Shown here: positions 13,705-27,655 of the stretch, piece after piece
How the letters are laid out: each line of letters starts with the position of its first letter
Position numbering within the stretch: position 1 is the stretch's first letter
Assembly (NCBI RefSeq): GCF_009834535.1
Contig: NC_045696.1
Coordinates: 29,328,001 to 29,392,000 of the forward strand
Reading direction: 5' to 3'
Length of the DNA stretch: 64,000 nucleotides
Origin: Camelus ferus
Lineage: Eukaryota
Position numbers and translations under genes: made by a program
The notes under the pieces: model-generated
Told to the model about the DNA's origin: nothing
Database searches by the model: none
Seen by the model: only the letters and a program-made list of their open reading frames with translations

Positions 13705-14306
13705 ATCCAGAAGGAACCCTACTTCAGGATGACACCTGCACCCCAATGTTCATAGCAGCATTATTTACAATAGCCAAGACATGGAAACAGCCTAAATGTC
13801 CATCAACAGATGACTGGTTAAAGAAGATGTGGTATATTTATACAACGGAATACTAATCAGCCATAAAAACTGACAACATAACACCATTTGCAGCAACACG
13901 GATGCTCCTGGAGAATGTCATTCTAAGTGAAGTAAGCCAGAAAGAGAAAGAAAAATACCATATGAGATCGCTTATATGTGGAATCTAAAAAACAAAAACA
14001 AAAACAAACAAAAACAAAGCGTAAATAAAGGACAAAAATAGACTCACAGACAGAGAATACAGACTTGTGGGTACCAGGGGGGTGGAGGGTGGGAAGGGAT
14101 AGACTGGGATTTCAAAATTGTAGAATAGACTACACTGTATAGCACAGGGAAATATACACAAAATGTTATGATAACTCACAGAGAAAAAAATGTGACAATG
14201 AGTGTGTATATGTCCATGAATAACTGAAAAATTGTGCTGAACACTGGAATTTGACACAACATTGTAAAATGATTATAAATCAATAAAAAATGTTAAAAAA
14301 AAAAAA
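13705..14306 (+). mobile_element. young 5'-truncated L1 (ORF2 C-terminus, 3'UTR, polyA), camelid-type
   Basis: [38 protein letters not shown] (ORF 13665), G-rich 3'UTR tract, AATAAA and A12 tail at 14295-14306. Confidence 0.9.
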
Positions 14307-14819
14307 GACATGAACAAGCATTTTGGTGAAGAAACCACCAGCAAACTTATGAACAGAGGGGAAGACAGCTCTATTAGTAATATTTAATTTTTTGAGCCTG
14401 GAGGTGGAAACATGGGTATTTAACTTATTAATCATCATGTTTCATTTATCTTACATAAAAGCATCTACATGTGTATAGATATAATCTTTTGAAATCTGGG
14501 GTTTAACAGTGAAAACAGACAGTAAAATTAACAATAAAGAGCAAAGTCTGGGTAGGAACTCTTTTAAAAAGACACTTTTTGCAAATTAAAAATGAAGCCA
14601 TTAGAAACAGTAATAGTAAAACAAAAAGTTCAAGCAAGATATTGGCAGGAAAAAAACAAGTAAAATTAATGAATTGGTGTTCTACTTATTATTCTACTAT
14701 TTAAACAATAATTTACTAATTTTCTGTAAGACCATACACCATAATTACTGATATAAATACATTTGAATGTTGACTTAGTTTGGTTTTTATTAAGAACAAT
14801 ACATGTAAAATTAAAACAC

Positions 14820-15250
14820 TATTCTATGACTAATTTCATGGTTTTGATAATTGGACTGTGGCTTGCAAGCTGTTAACATTAAGGAAAGCTATATTAATTC
14901 TATACTATTTTTAAAATTTTCTGCAAGTCTAAAATTATTCCAAAATAAAACAATATTTTAAAGTAATAATTAGGATGAATGAAAGAAGCCAGGCAAAACA
15001 AGAGGTATGCGACATGATTCTATTATGTGAACCATCTAGAAAAGTCAAATCTACAGCAACAGAAAGCAAATAACTAGCTGCCTAGGGCTGGGTAGGAGCA
15101 GGGATTGACTGCAAAGGGGCAAAAAGGAACTTTTTACAGGGGAAGCAAGTATTCTAATATTAGATTGTCACGATCTTTGCATGACTGCATACATTACAAA
15201 AACTCATCAAACTGCACATTTAGAATGCGCCCATTTCTTGAAATATATAT
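14820..15250 (+). mobile_element. old L1 (L1MC/ME-type) 3'UTR fragments
   Basis: aagtctaaaattattccaaaataaaa; tgaatgaaagaagccag...acagaaagc; aaaactcatcaaactgcacattt. Confidence 0.6.
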
Positions 15251-15606
15251 CATATTCAGTGGAGGTATTAGGAAAAGAAATGTACGTAGATACATTCACA
15301 CACCTATACAAAAAGGTATATACAAGGAAGTTCATGGCAGAATTGGTCATAAAAGAGAAAGAAAAAGAAAAAGAAATGTCTTGATGATATCAAAATATCC
15401 AAAAGCAAGAAGCTGAGTAAATCATGGCTCATTCATATAACTGAACACTGTACAGCTATTAAAGAGAGAAAAAAGACATATGTATATGCTGATATAGAAA
15501 TATTTCCAAGATCCATTAAGTAACAAAACACATTATATGTATAGTCAAAGACACTCTAAGAAAAGAGGAAAATACTATAATCTGTGTATTTTTTCTGTGA
15601 ATATTT

Positions 15607-16147
15607 TAGGGAAGAAAAAAGTTCTTTCTACCCTCTTAGGTTCTGTTATTCAACCTGTAAATTAAAGTGACATAAAACAGATTAATAGGACAAAATACAT
15701 ACATCTTACTTAATATTTTTATGTGTACACAGAAGTCTTCAAAAGAAAAAAATGAAGACCTGAAGGAGCCATCAGGCCTAAAAGCTATATACCTTTCTAA
15801 ACAAAGAATGATAAATTATGGAAACATGACAAGACAAATGGTTTGGGCTAGGGACAATAAACTGTGGGACAATGACTAGGAAAGACATAGGGGAAAGTAA
15901 TGGAAGACAAGAGTTATTTGAGCAGGTTTGTTTGTACAGATCCATTTTGGTGTCAACTCCCAGTCTCTGGTGATAAGAATTTCTCTTTCTGGTACAGGGA
16001 GGGAATAGTTCTCATGGAAAATTTTATAACCTGCTGTTAGGTAGAAAGAGAGAGGTCAGAGAACCCTTCCTGCTTCTGCTCTTTCTCAAGTGACTTCAGC
16101 TCAAAAATCAATACGGTAAAGGGGTGGTTTGTTCTAGAATCCCTTCA
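15607..16147 (-). mobile_element. solo ERV1-class LTR
   Basis: ~540 bp unit (tagggaagaaaa...ctaccctcttaggtt...ctcaaaaat...cccttca) that starts TGAAGGG on the minus strand. Resembles Laurasiatherian ERV1 LTRs. Confidence 0.65.
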
Positions 16148-16254
16148 GTATAAAAATATCTGAAAAGCACACAAAAAAATTAGCAGTAGGAGTAGGACTA
16201 GAGGGATTTTTTTTTTCATTTGAAACTTATATTTAATTGTAATCACATACATAT

Positions 16255-16730
16255 GCAGTAAAAACTAAGTATTTCTCCAGTATTTACTTTCCCCTTCTCC
16301 CTGCTCTTTGCTGAGTTCTAATAAGGCTCACAGAGGGCCAGCTAGAGACCACGTTCCCCAGCCCCTCTTGCAACTAAGTAGGATCACGCGACTAAGCTCT
16401 AGCAATGAAAAGTGAGCAGAGATCAGGTATGCAATTGCCTGGACATTTCTTTATAAAAAATTGTTTGTTTTGTATCTTGACCTTTTTTCCTTCCAACAGG
16501 CTGTGGGATGGACTTAAGCCAGCTCTGGCCATGCAGTGAGGATTGCACCAAGGCAACAGTGCGCTGTGAAGCCACACTGAGCACCATGAAGCTGGGCATC
16601 TACTTTTTTACCTTCTTTAAGCCACTGAGAACTGGTGTTCCCTGAGAGAGAAATAAATACCTGTCTTTTGTGAGCTTTTACATTTTAAAATCTTTTTTTC
16701 AGCATCTTGGCCTCTCCCCAAGCAAAAACA
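16255..16730 (+). mobile_element. MaLR (MLT1-type) LTR
   Basis: cacgttccccagcccctcttgcaactaagtaggatcacgcgactaagctctagcaatg is the MLT1 core; gagagagaaataaa and ttaagccactg occur near the 3' end. Confidence 0.65.
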
Positions 16731-18597
16731 GCAAGCATATATTCTGTTTTAAATGTAGTTTAAAGTTTTAAGGTTCCAGATCAAGGAAACAAGTAGATTT
16801 TAAATTAAGATAAAGTGTCAGTCCCATTACTTATTTACCCATTGTGAATATCTCAATAATATTTGAAACTTCCATTTTAGAATGGCATAGCAACTTTGTT
16901 GACTTTTATAACTCCTATAGTTTAACTCTCAAATTGTCCCTAATATAATTATGTAAAAAAAAAATGATCCATTGTATGGTCCAAAGGAAAAGGTTAGTTC
17001 TTTTCACTTTATTTGAGAGACTTTTCTTTCATACTCACTTTTCTTCATTTTCTTAGACAATGCTCTCACAGGACTGTGTTTCATTTTGTCAGCTGTGATA
17101 TTGTCACTTGTTTACCTCTCATCAGATAATGGACTTTGGTATCTGATTAGCTTTACTCTATTCTTGCAAGAAAAATGTCATCCTCGGGCTAGCATATCTT
17201 ACTGATAGCTGTCAGTAAAGTAACCTTTGGCACCTTCTCAGTACTACTCTAACAGCTTCCACAAAACATACTGCAAACAAGGCTAGCTGGATTCACAAGT
17301 GGTGTTCATAATTTGAATTAAGAACCTACAAATCTGTTAGATTCTTAATTTGCAGGAAACATACATGGCTGTGAATCAACTTAATAATCAGGCAATACAA
17401 AAGCTCACATATCCAGTGTCACTATCAAAATGGTTAGTATGGTGTCATTTACTTCCATTCAGTTCTTCTAAGGCATTAAATATTTTCTATCCTCAAACTC
17501 CTTCTGCACAGTGATTTGAGTTTCTAACATCAACATTTAGAAACAGAGAATTGATTGTTTCTAAAACACAACATTCTGTGACTAAATACACTATTGCTAT
17601 GATTATTCTCATATTCATAATATGTTTACTTATAGGGGATTCTACATCTAAAAGTACATTTTTTCCTGAGAGTATTTACATGAAAAACTTCTACCCTTAT
17701 TTGATCATCAATGTCACCATAAACTTACATAATTTTTTTTTAATGATACAAGAAACCTAACATCAATGGGCTAGTATGGGGGTTGAGCCCCTTATGCTTA
17801 AATGATCCCACCCATTCTTTATGATTCATTTTTGGCTCTTTTTGAGATTATTGGTGTTATGTTTATTTTGGAACTGGCATAAGTAATTTCTTTTTAAATT
17901 GACAAGAAAATATCCTCCAAAGTACATACTATGTGATGAAATATAGATGAAGGCTATTGCACAACTGTAAATTTAGATCATGCCCAGAACCAAGGTATGG
18001 TCAGTGGAGACAAGAAGGAAGGTGCAGACTGAGAAACACTGAGAAATACAATCCTTATCTAATATGAGTAATAAGATTAAAAACAGGTCAAGGAAGACTT
18101 CCAGGAGGAGACTTAATTTTGGAGAACTTAAGGTAATAGAGGACATAAAAAATAAGCATTTAATGAATGAAAGTAAAAGCCATGTCTACCTCGGCTCAAA
18201 GGAAAACGGGCAGGCAGAGCAGGAGTGCTGCAGGAGTTCAATACATTTGGGAATATTGTCAATCATAATAGATATTCAAATTCTCATGTTTAATGTACTT
18301 GGAATCATTCTCATAGAAGGCATGTCAAAGACTCCTACTTTGAGGCATGGCTTTCTCTCTAATATAATTCAACTGAAGAAGAAAAGGGGGGAAAGGAAAA
18401 AAATAGGCATTTAACATCAATTTTGAAAATCTATTTCCAACAAGAGATTTAAGAAAATTGCAGTTCAACAAATATTTACTTGAACATTTAGTGCCAGAGT
18501 TTGGGCTGGAGTTTTCCTCAAGGGAAAACTGTAATTATTGAAGAACTCTAATACAGTGGGAATTAAGTCAATTATTGTGCAAAAAATAACATTGAAC

Positions 18598-18973
18598 CAC
18601 TGCTTTCAAATAAAGTTTAGATTACTTTCATTTAGAGACACACAGGAAAATAAATAATTGGGTCAGATAGCACTTCTGAGGAAAATTACGCTCTGCTGTT
18701 TACCCAGCAGAGGTCCACTGACTTGAGCCATTGAAATGTTTGTCACTGACCTATGATGACATAAGTACAGAGATTCAAAGAGTTTAGAAACTTTTATAGC
18801 CATTTGAAAATGTGCTTTGAATATAATAATAATGAAATAAGACAATTTATAAGACTTTTTATATTTATTTCCAATTTCTAGCAATTCATGTTTTTATATT
18901 GCAATGTTGGAGTATGATTGAATAGGGACCTTCAAAAAACATTGGTCTTCAACACAGAGGTTGAGAAGCACTG
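18598..18973. mobile_element. hAT-Charlie-type DNA transposon remnant
   Basis: Imperfect terminal inverted repeats cactgctttcaaa ... ttgagaagcactg (CAGTGCTTCTCAA type). No TSD recognisable. Confidence 0.4.
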
Positions 18974-21900
18974 TGTTAGAGAATGGATAACATTTCTACA
19001 TAAATGGAGGGCATTCCAAGGTTTTTGCAAAGCAAAGCACTTCACGCGTCCTAGGATCAGAAAGTAGTCTAGTTTCACTGAAGTACAGTGTGTATAAAGC
19101 TTTAAATGTAGAGAAGATTGTAACTTTAGGTTATAACTTAGAAAGTCTTGAACACTACAGTTTAATTAAAAAGAACTTTCCCAAGGTTTCATTTATTGAA
19201 TGCACATTTGCTAAGCATTAAGCTCAGGCTGATGTTAAACATAAGACAACTATAATATATCATTTTTCTATTAAAGATAGTTTGATAGTTTGATTTCATT
19301 AATGAGCATGTGTTTTTTTCAAGTCACTCTCCAAAGTTATTCCTTGTTCATTTTCTCCCATTGGGTGGGGTACCTATGTTTTCTTTTGGAGAACATCATT
19401 TTTCATCACAGTCTTCTCAGTATTCATTTTTAAAAAAAACTCCTGAAATGATTATTTTTAAAAGTTAATATCATAACTTGCATAGAAATATAAAATGAAC
19501 ATGTGCCAAATATTTTATTTAACTCATGAATTAATGAGGGAACCAATAAGCTGTTACAACTGGTTCAAAGGAGAACTCAAACAACTCAGGCATATAAAGG
19601 CAATCAAGAATGCTGAAATAAATTTGCAAATAGATGTAAATCTAATGAATATCCATAGGGCAATAATCAGATGCATCCCGGACAAAATTCATTTTCATTT
19701 CTATGCATAGGAATTATTTGCATTGCTAAGTATCTCAAAGAGGATGGAAGGATTAGAACAAGATAGAACGAGATAACCAGGAAAACGTGCTCTATCCTTT
19801 CTGTCCTCAGTAATTTTGGGTTTTTGTCCATTTCAATGCCTTTGGCAATTCTGCCCTACAATCCTATCAACTGAAACATTCCATTTTTATATGCTGTGTT
19901 TTGTTGTCATCATTACTATCATTTTCCCAATTTATCCTAAAGTAATATGGGGAGACAGTCAAAAGTCCTTAAAGGTGTGGTTTGAAGTCAACTGCTTTTC
20001 AAAAAGTTTAGCTGCCAGGCATTTGAGAAAGGGACACATTAGGTCACTGTATTTTCTATGCCTAACATCTTTTGGTGGCACTTATAAGTAGCCATGTGTT
20101 GTTGGTACAAGTCTCTTCCAATTCCCCATACTGGAAAATTCATTTGTTTTTAATCCACCACCATTTACTGGCACTTAAAAGATCATGTTTGTTTCAGAAA
20201 ATCTGCTTGACAGCCTGTGGTTTACAAGAAAAATTTGGTAGACGCTCTGCTGTAACATGGCAGTGGAGTGTAGAGAAATCACGTAGTGTCTCGGATTAAT
20301 GAATGGGAGTGTCAGCAAGCAGTGGGATGTTTAAGCAGCAAATGGCTTCAATGCAGGAGGCCCATACCTTACTACATCTACTCTACCCTACACTGTCGAT
20401 CTAAAGCTCAGACTGCACACAGCCTCAGGATGATTGGTACCCTCTGAATAGGAGCTCATCGTTTCCAAAAAGGCCCTATTAGGCAGGCATCAATCCTTCC
20501 TGGAAACTTGAAAGGGTATCACAAGCCTGGGGGGCTCTTCCAGTTTACTCCTCTGAGACATGTGGGCTGATTAAGTTCGAGGGCCTCGTGTGAAGTACTT
20601 TGGGGGGAGTCCACACTGTGAGACTGGCAACACAATACTTCTTTTTCTGATTAGCTTCCCCAGGGATCTCGACTCAAAACCTTGCACTTGTACTCACTTC
20701 ACTTACAATTTTACAAAAGCCAGAACCCCTGAGGTCTCATTGGCTTCTTTTGAATTTGTCTTTGCTGCCAAAAATGTATCTTCTTTTACTGAGGCCTATA
20801 TCCTCCCACCTATCTCCTCTTTGGAAAATTGTCCAGCTGTGGATCAGACCTCATACACCATCCTTCTGATAGCCAAGAAAAATCTGACTCTGTGCGTGCA
20901 GTCATTCTGATTCAAATAATTGCATGCTTGGCTTAGTAGTGGGTGCCAGCCACAAATGTGATAATTTCTTCTTCCCACAGCCTCGCACAAAGAGGTAATT
21001 TGTTCCGTGCCCCCAGCAACAGGTGAATGGCATGAAACATGAGCAATGCCTGCATAGAGAGAAAGGCACGTTTTAAAGGATAAAATGGGTGACAGAGAAA
21101 TGATCCATATGCACAATTACTAAATTTGCATTAATCATTTTGGGATGGATGCTCTCATTGTATGAGTCTTGGGAAATTTGGCAGAGGAAAGCTGTCGCCT
21201 AGAGGATAAAAATAGCTTTATTCTTGCCGTCATAAGCCTGAGCTCTGGGGGATTCAATTCCCTTGCCAACTTTTTGAAACTCCAGCCGAAGGCACTCGAG
21301 TGTCACTTAAAACCCTCCACTTCTTAATCAAATTCCAAGTTCTTCTTTTTTCCAATACTTAGTTTTTATTTGCTCTCAAACAACAGTATCAAATAAGCTT
21401 GCCTTTCTCTTGGCAATTATGCACAGTTCCTATCCTGGTAGGAGAAAAAATTAAAAAGTATCTCACAGGTAAATACATAGAAAGTGAAATACAGCTATTA
21501 GTATAAAAAGGAAGAGTTTAGGCTTCTTATAAACCACTCATTCTACTTCATAAATTGTCAGGAAGCAATGGTCACTCACCTGAGTGCCACCGAAACCAGT
21601 GCTTTAAGCCACAGGTGAAAATGAAAGAAAACCTGTGGCAGGAAGGTTGTACGAAGTAAACTGTGTACCTCTAGCTGCACTACCACTGCAGATAAACATC
21701 AAAAAGCTTGGAGGAAAACAATTAAAACATAATAGATGATGAGTTAGGGAAGCAATCAGTATCTATATATTCATATGAACGGAGGTTGCCTGGTTAAGCA
21801 TTCGTGCCATTCCACGCCCACAGACTCAGACAGTTGCTCTCCATCACTCCCACGAACTCCCAAAGCCTCTTCATGCTTCATTATGCACCCTCCCACACAT

Positions 21901-22319
21901 GTCCCTTTAAGGTTTCTCTAGTCTCTCCCTCCTGTGTCCGCTCGTGCCATCTGTGTGAGCACTACTGGGAAACCTTTCCCCTGGACCCAGTTCTTGTGCC
22001 AGAGGCATGCACCCGAAACAAATATTTTCAACTCATCTTTTTGCTACTGAGGCCACCCTCACTTGTAAAATGGACTTGGGTTCCCCTTTACTCTGTCTGC
22101 AGATGATGTGGAGTAGAAAATGTGGAGTGCACTTCTCAGAGCATCTCTTACCTCTTTCAACTCCAGTGTGTTCAGTCTGTATCATTCCCGTCTTTCAAAG
22201 CTTTTTTGTTTTTCCTCTCTTCATAAAACTAGGCAAGACAAGCAACATGCCCTGGTGGTAAGAATTGGGGAGTAAGGAAATGGCAGTATTTTACAGGAAA
22301 TGGCGGGCTGCTGACCATC

Positions 22320-22579
22320 TGTGGTAGGCAGAATAATGGCCCCAAGTCCACCTACGTGTCAAAGCTGAGATCCATAGATGAGGGAACCCAGCTGAAATCA
22401 GCAAAGCTGCCTATCCAACCAGAGGAGGACACAGATGGGTGAGAAGGTCCAGGCAAAACCAGAAGAACTACCTAGTTAAGTCTCACCTAAACTACTAAAT
22501 CAAGATCTAACTAAATGTTCATTGTTTGAAGTAACTAAATATCAGGGTGTCTTTTTGTACGACAATAACTAACACCACA
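22320..22579 (+). mobile_element. MaLR (MLT1-type) LTR, internally deleted
   Basis: Starts TGTGGTAGGCAGAATAATGGCCC and ends ...caataactaacaccaca. Confidence 0.6.
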
Positions 22580-23231
22580 CTTGTACCTCCAGCATCTGAC
22601 TTCACGGAAAGAGTCTGTGCGCCTGGATACTTGCATGCTTGAATTCCATCAAAAGCAAGATCTGTGACCTTTGTCAACTCATGTTGCTCTCAAACTTTTC
22701 ATCTGTAAAATGAGAAGTTGCTACCATGTGATATACAACACTACATTTAGCGTAATGACTCCATCAAGGGTAAAAAGAGAAAAGTATTACAAAGTAGTCC
22801 TTCCACTAAGACAAACAAACAAGCAAAGAATATAAACGGTATGTGATACAGATTACCATTTGTATTTGATTGGGAGAATGAAGTTTAGCAATTCTGAAAG
22901 CAAAATAAAGCCAGAGTTGAATATATACAATCATTCCACATCTCTTCTCGTTCATATAAGAAACCGCAGCAGAAGAAACTGACGCATATAGTTGAGTAAC
23001 AATAAAAATAAACAGTAAACGATAGAAAAAAAAAAAGAATGCTTGAATTACCAAACATTAACTGCTAATCAAAAAGTAACATACTGCTTTCTGTTAACTA
23101 TATACTTTAGTGACTTTGCTTTTGAATTGAAAAAAAAAATCTAGAAAGCAGCTCTATGCTTTCTGAAATGGAGCCAGTTACCACAAGAAAACTGAATGTT
23201 TACTTTACTTTAAATGCAAGACAAAGGGAAT

Positions 23232-23650
23232 TGTGTGTGTTACCAATTTGTTTCCCCTCAGTTCCAAATCTACCCTTCTCTACTATCTTTGTGATGTGGA
23301 AGCTGGACTCTAACATTCTCCCTGCGCCAACTGGCACAGTGGCAGGCTTCGTCAACAAGGGAGCTGAAGGGATGCTGCAAGGCCAAGGCAGAAGAAGGAG
23401 CTCCTCTCCCAGATTCTGCAGGTTCTTACGTTGCAGGTTCTTACGTTGCAGGTTCTTACGTTGCAGCTTCCAGCAGACGGGTATGCGGGAGGCCCGATGG
23501 CAGTCAGTCTCTGGCAAGTCCCTAGGCCTCTGTGGACTGCCCCTGAGGGCCAGCTCAGTCCACGCACACTGCAGCACGCTTCTCTGCCCCCAGCTGGCTG
23601 CTTTCTGTGGACGGACTCTAGCTCTTAGTATTTGTATTGACTATGATACG
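23232..23650. mobile_element. ERVL LTR33-like solo LTR
   Basis: cctcagttccaaatctacccttctctactatctttgtgatgtggaagctggactc resembles LTR33. Ends ...tgactatgatac. Confidence 0.55.
23417..23466 (+). repeat. perfect 15-bp tandem repeat (TGCAGGTTCTTACGT)x3.3
   Basis: Identical units at 23417, 23432 and 23447, plus a partial TGCAG. Confidence 0.97.
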
Positions 23651-24094
23651 TAATAAAGGACAAGTGCTATAATGTCAGCTTGATCCTTTTTGACTAGCAG
23701 TCAGCTGTTATCACATCAAAAAATTACCATATCAAAAAATACATGACAGTTAACAATTCATGTAGCATGTCTAAAGTTTCAGAAATAAGATTTCTGGGTC
23801 CTCAAAGTGAGAAGCATAATTGTACTATCAAAGCATAAACAAGGGAAGAGAGTTACATTCAGGCTGATATTTTTTCCGGAGAATATTAAGTTCACTGATT
23901 ATAGTCAGAAGATAAGTCAGTAGACTTATTCTTTGTATGTAAACTATCAGTCATGGTTTTAGGAGAGTATCAATATAAAAAATATTAGTAATACAAACAC
24001 TTAGTCTTGCAGGTATTATGAAATTTTGCTAAAGAGAGCTGAATTCTCTTTAAAAACTGACAGTGGACACCAGCTGGAAGAAGTTAGTCATTTG

Positions 24095-24585
24095 GCGTAT
24101 AGTTTGTTTTAGGTCAGGTTCCCCAGAAGTGATCTTAAGAAGATATTTTTGCTGGTGATGTGTTAAAGAAATAATCCCAGGAGAGATCCCTAAGTGAAGT
24201 TGACAGAGAGGTGGTGAACACAAGACAGAGAACGGGAAGAAGGTAACCAAGGATGCAGTTAACACACAATGTCCTGAAGGTTGCCTGTAGCCCACTACTG
24301 CAGAACTCTGCAGGATTAAGTTTGAGAATTGTCCCAAACTGCGGTGAGGGAGCTGGCCTGTCACACTTTCATAAGACTGGTCACTAGCTAAGGGTCTGCT
24401 AGAGGAAAGTCTCCCACATGGCATTTTGCACTGTCTGCCCAAGCAAGCAGAGCAGCTCTAATCGCTGAGGGCTGTCCTCTGTAGACAACAAAACAGCACA
24501 GCAGAGCAGCAGGGGATGCAGGAGTGGATGGAAGTAAGGATGGATCCCAGGGCATCTGACCAGAACGACAACAGCATTTGATACT
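24095..24585 (-). mobile_element. ERVL LTR16-like LTR
   Basis: ggtcaggttccccagaag...atcccaggaga...gggcatctg...aacagcatttgatac resembles antisense LTR16-group LTRs. Confidence 0.5.
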
Positions 24586-25220
24586 CAATAAAATAATTCT
24601 TCTGTCATTTTTAGTATTTTTATTTCAGCTGATGGTCAGAACTATCCTGAATGATTCACAAAAGAGAAAAGATCTGTAATTAAAGATTTTATCAAAAGAT
24701 CAGGCATGGTGTCAAATAGTGATAACCAGAGATGGATTCCATAATCCCATGGTAGTCTCTAAGTCAAGACCCCTCTTTCACAAAATGAACAGAAATGGTC
24801 TAAGGAAATACAGGAAATTGTATGAAACTTAAAGATTACATTAAGTTCTGTTTAAGTACAATCATTGAGACTGTAGAGGTGAAGGCATTCTCCAGGGACC
24901 TCCAGAGTTTCTTTTCTTCTTAACAGTGTCACCATATGTATTTATTTGAAACTCCAAGCTGAGCCCAAACATTTAGCTATGCTTTCCAATTTAGGTTCAG
25001 AGTATTTCTCTTTGGTTCTGTGCAGACTGAATCTGAATCATACCCATTCTCAGATGATGTATAAACACTGAAGGTAAAAAAGTGAAGAGAAAACAAAGAA
25101 TGCAGGGAACTAAAGGCTGCAACTAAAAAGAAATTTGGCAAGTGATAACATTATTACATGAAAAATTTGAATTCTACCCTCTCATGGAAAACTGTAAGAA
25201 CAAGCAAGATGGCTTTAGAA

Positions 25221-25369
25221 GGGGGGAGGGTATAGCTCAAGTGGTAGAGTGTATGCTGAGCATGCATGAGGTCCTGGGTTCAATCCCCAGTACCCCCTCT
25301 AAGAATCAGTAAGTCAATCTAATTACCTCCCCTCACCAAAAAAAGAAAAAAATATTAAAGCAAACAAGA
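25221..25369 (+). mobile_element. Vic-1-type camelid SINE (tRNA-Ala-derived)
   Basis: GGGGGGAGGGTATAGCTCAAGTGGTAGAG (A box)...GGTTCAATCCCCAGTACC (B box), A-rich tail, and a 13-bp TSD aagatggctttag at 25206-25218 and 25370-25382. Confidence 0.95.
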
Positions 25370-25899
25370 AAGATGGCTTTAGCATATCTTAATTGACTAA
25401 GGAGCGATGCTATGGATTAGAGAACACCAGTATCTTTATTTTTGCCAGGTTGTAAAATATCATTCATACCCAGGAAGTATTCACCTGAAAATGAATCTTA
25501 GCTTTCAGTGACATTCTATAAGGGAACACATAACAAATGCCCAGACTGCTGTGTTCCATTGTCAGATGGTTTTGTTTCTGGCAGATTTCTCCCTACATAA
25601 GGCAAATAATATATATGTATGGTTCAATCTTTGGCAAAGAATGAAAACGAGAAACCAGATACCACTCCTTTTCGAAAGAATTAAGGATATATAACAAGAT
25701 TAATGAGGTAAGCCAGAATAATCAGGAAAACTCATTCTCAAGTTCACAAACCTAAAAATAAAGAAATGTCAATATCCTAAGAAACAAAGAAGGAGGTTGG
25801 AATAAGATGAGATAAGAACAGCAAATAGAGACTTCAGTTATACTGAAATCAGACACCTATTTATTCTCTCTTTCTCCCCCTCCTCTTCAACCCCTCCTT

Positions 25900-27655
25900 T
25901 TCCTAATGAGGAATAAATTACGTACAATAAAGTGTACTAACCCTTAGCATACAGCTCAATGATGGACTTTACACATACACACACACACAGATCATTCCCA
26001 GCACCCAAACTCCCAATTAAATCCTCCAAGTAGCATATTCTAATCTGTATCATCATACATACCTTTTATCTACTTTTCGACCACTCAGGAGTAGATTTAC
26101 ACAGATTTATACATCATTTTTGTCCTGTTTATTATAACCTTATGTCCATGCTGTTGCATGCATCAGAAATTGACTCTTTTTTATTGTTGTGTCTGTTACA
26201 TTGTGTGAATATCCTACCTTTTAACTATCCTTTCTATTTGTGAAGGAAAATATAGCTTGTTTCTTTGGGGGAGCTATTACAAATGCTGTGGCAGCATACA
26301 TTTATACATGTTAACTGGCAAACCTAAGACTCATTTCTGTTTGGCATGTGCCCAGGAGTGGAATTCCTGGGACAGAGGGCATGATGTTTGGCTTTGTAGA
26401 TACAGTTTCCAAAGTGGCTGTTCCAATTTGTATGTCCACCAGCATTGCATCAGTGTTTCAAATGCTCCACATTCTTTCTAGCATTTGATATTGCTCTCCA
26501 TTTAATTTATTCATTTTGGTAAGTTTAAGTGGTATAGCTTTGTATTTATAATTTGCATTTCCATAATAACTAATGGTATTAAGCCTGCCTTTTCATGTTT
26601 ATTGGACATTTTATTTCTCCTTTCATGAAGTGCCTGCCCATAACCTTTGTTTATTTTTAAGTTGGATAGTCTATCTTTCTAATTTAAAACAGTTCTTTAT
26701 ATATTCTGAATAAGTCATTTTCCAGATATATTTTTATAAACATCTTCTCCCACTATCTGTTTTGCTGTTTCACTCTTTCAATAGTGTCTTTGGAAGAACA
26801 TAGTTCTTGATTTTAATAAGATCTAGTTTTCTTTTATTGATAGTAATTTTATTGTCCTGTTTACGAAAGCATTGCCTACTAAAAAATAAGGAAGATATAC
26901 CTCAATAATTTCTATAAGCTTTGTAGTTTCTGTTTCACATTTAGATCTACGATCTCTCTAGAACCATTTTTTGTATGTAGTGTGTCACAGTTCAGGTTTT
27001 TACATATGGACATTTAACTGATAAAGAAGCATTTATTAGGAAAAAATTATTTCTCCACTGATTGTATTGACAAGTCCATCATAAATCAGGTTATTATTAT
27101 ACTTGTAGGCTTAGTTCTGCCGTATAACCTGTTCCATTGATTTCTCTATCTTTTCTTACATGGTGCCATACTGGCTTAATTACTAGTTTTATAATAAGTC
27201 TTGATATCCTGTGATTTTTAAGTCCTCAATTTTTCTTCAATATTGTGTTAGCTAATCTAGATTATTTGCATTTAGACATTCACTTTAGAATAAACATGCT
27301 AATGTCCACAAAAAAAAATTATGCTGGAATTTTAATTACGGTTTTATTAAATCTATAGATAAATTTGAAGATATACATCTTCACAATATTTAACAACTCT
27401 TCTGACTCATGAATATGGTAGAGTAGTTCTCCATTTGTTTAGCTCTCGAATTTCTCCTATCAATATTTTATAGATTGAAGTATATAGATTGTACACATTC
27501 TTTATTAGATTTACTCTTGAGACATTTTATGCTTTTTGTTTCTATTAGAGATGATGTGTGTTTTCCAAATGTCATTAAAATTATAATTTATATGTAAATA
27601 TAGTTGATTTCTGAACATTAACTTTGTATCCAGCAACATTTCTAAATTCACTCCA
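25900..27655 (-). mobile_element. old L1 (L1ME-type) 3'UTR and ORF2 end
   Basis: Antisense L1 hallmarks: cccaggagtggaattcctggg, tttccaaagtggctgttccaattt, atttgcatttcc, gttctttatatattctg, aatctatagataaattt. Confidence 0.85.

Noticed and set aside
23417..23466. CRISPR-like array
   Set aside because: Contiguous units with no spacers, in mammalian DNA.
23156..23653. 165-aa ORF and overlapping ORFs
   Set aside because: They lie in an LTR33-like element, include the 15-bp repeat, and show no protein-family resemblance.
25221..25300. tRNA-Ala(AGC) gene
   Set aside because: It has a SINE tail and TSD, a mismatched anticodon arm and no T-run terminator. It is a SINE head; the same applies to 12904-12980.
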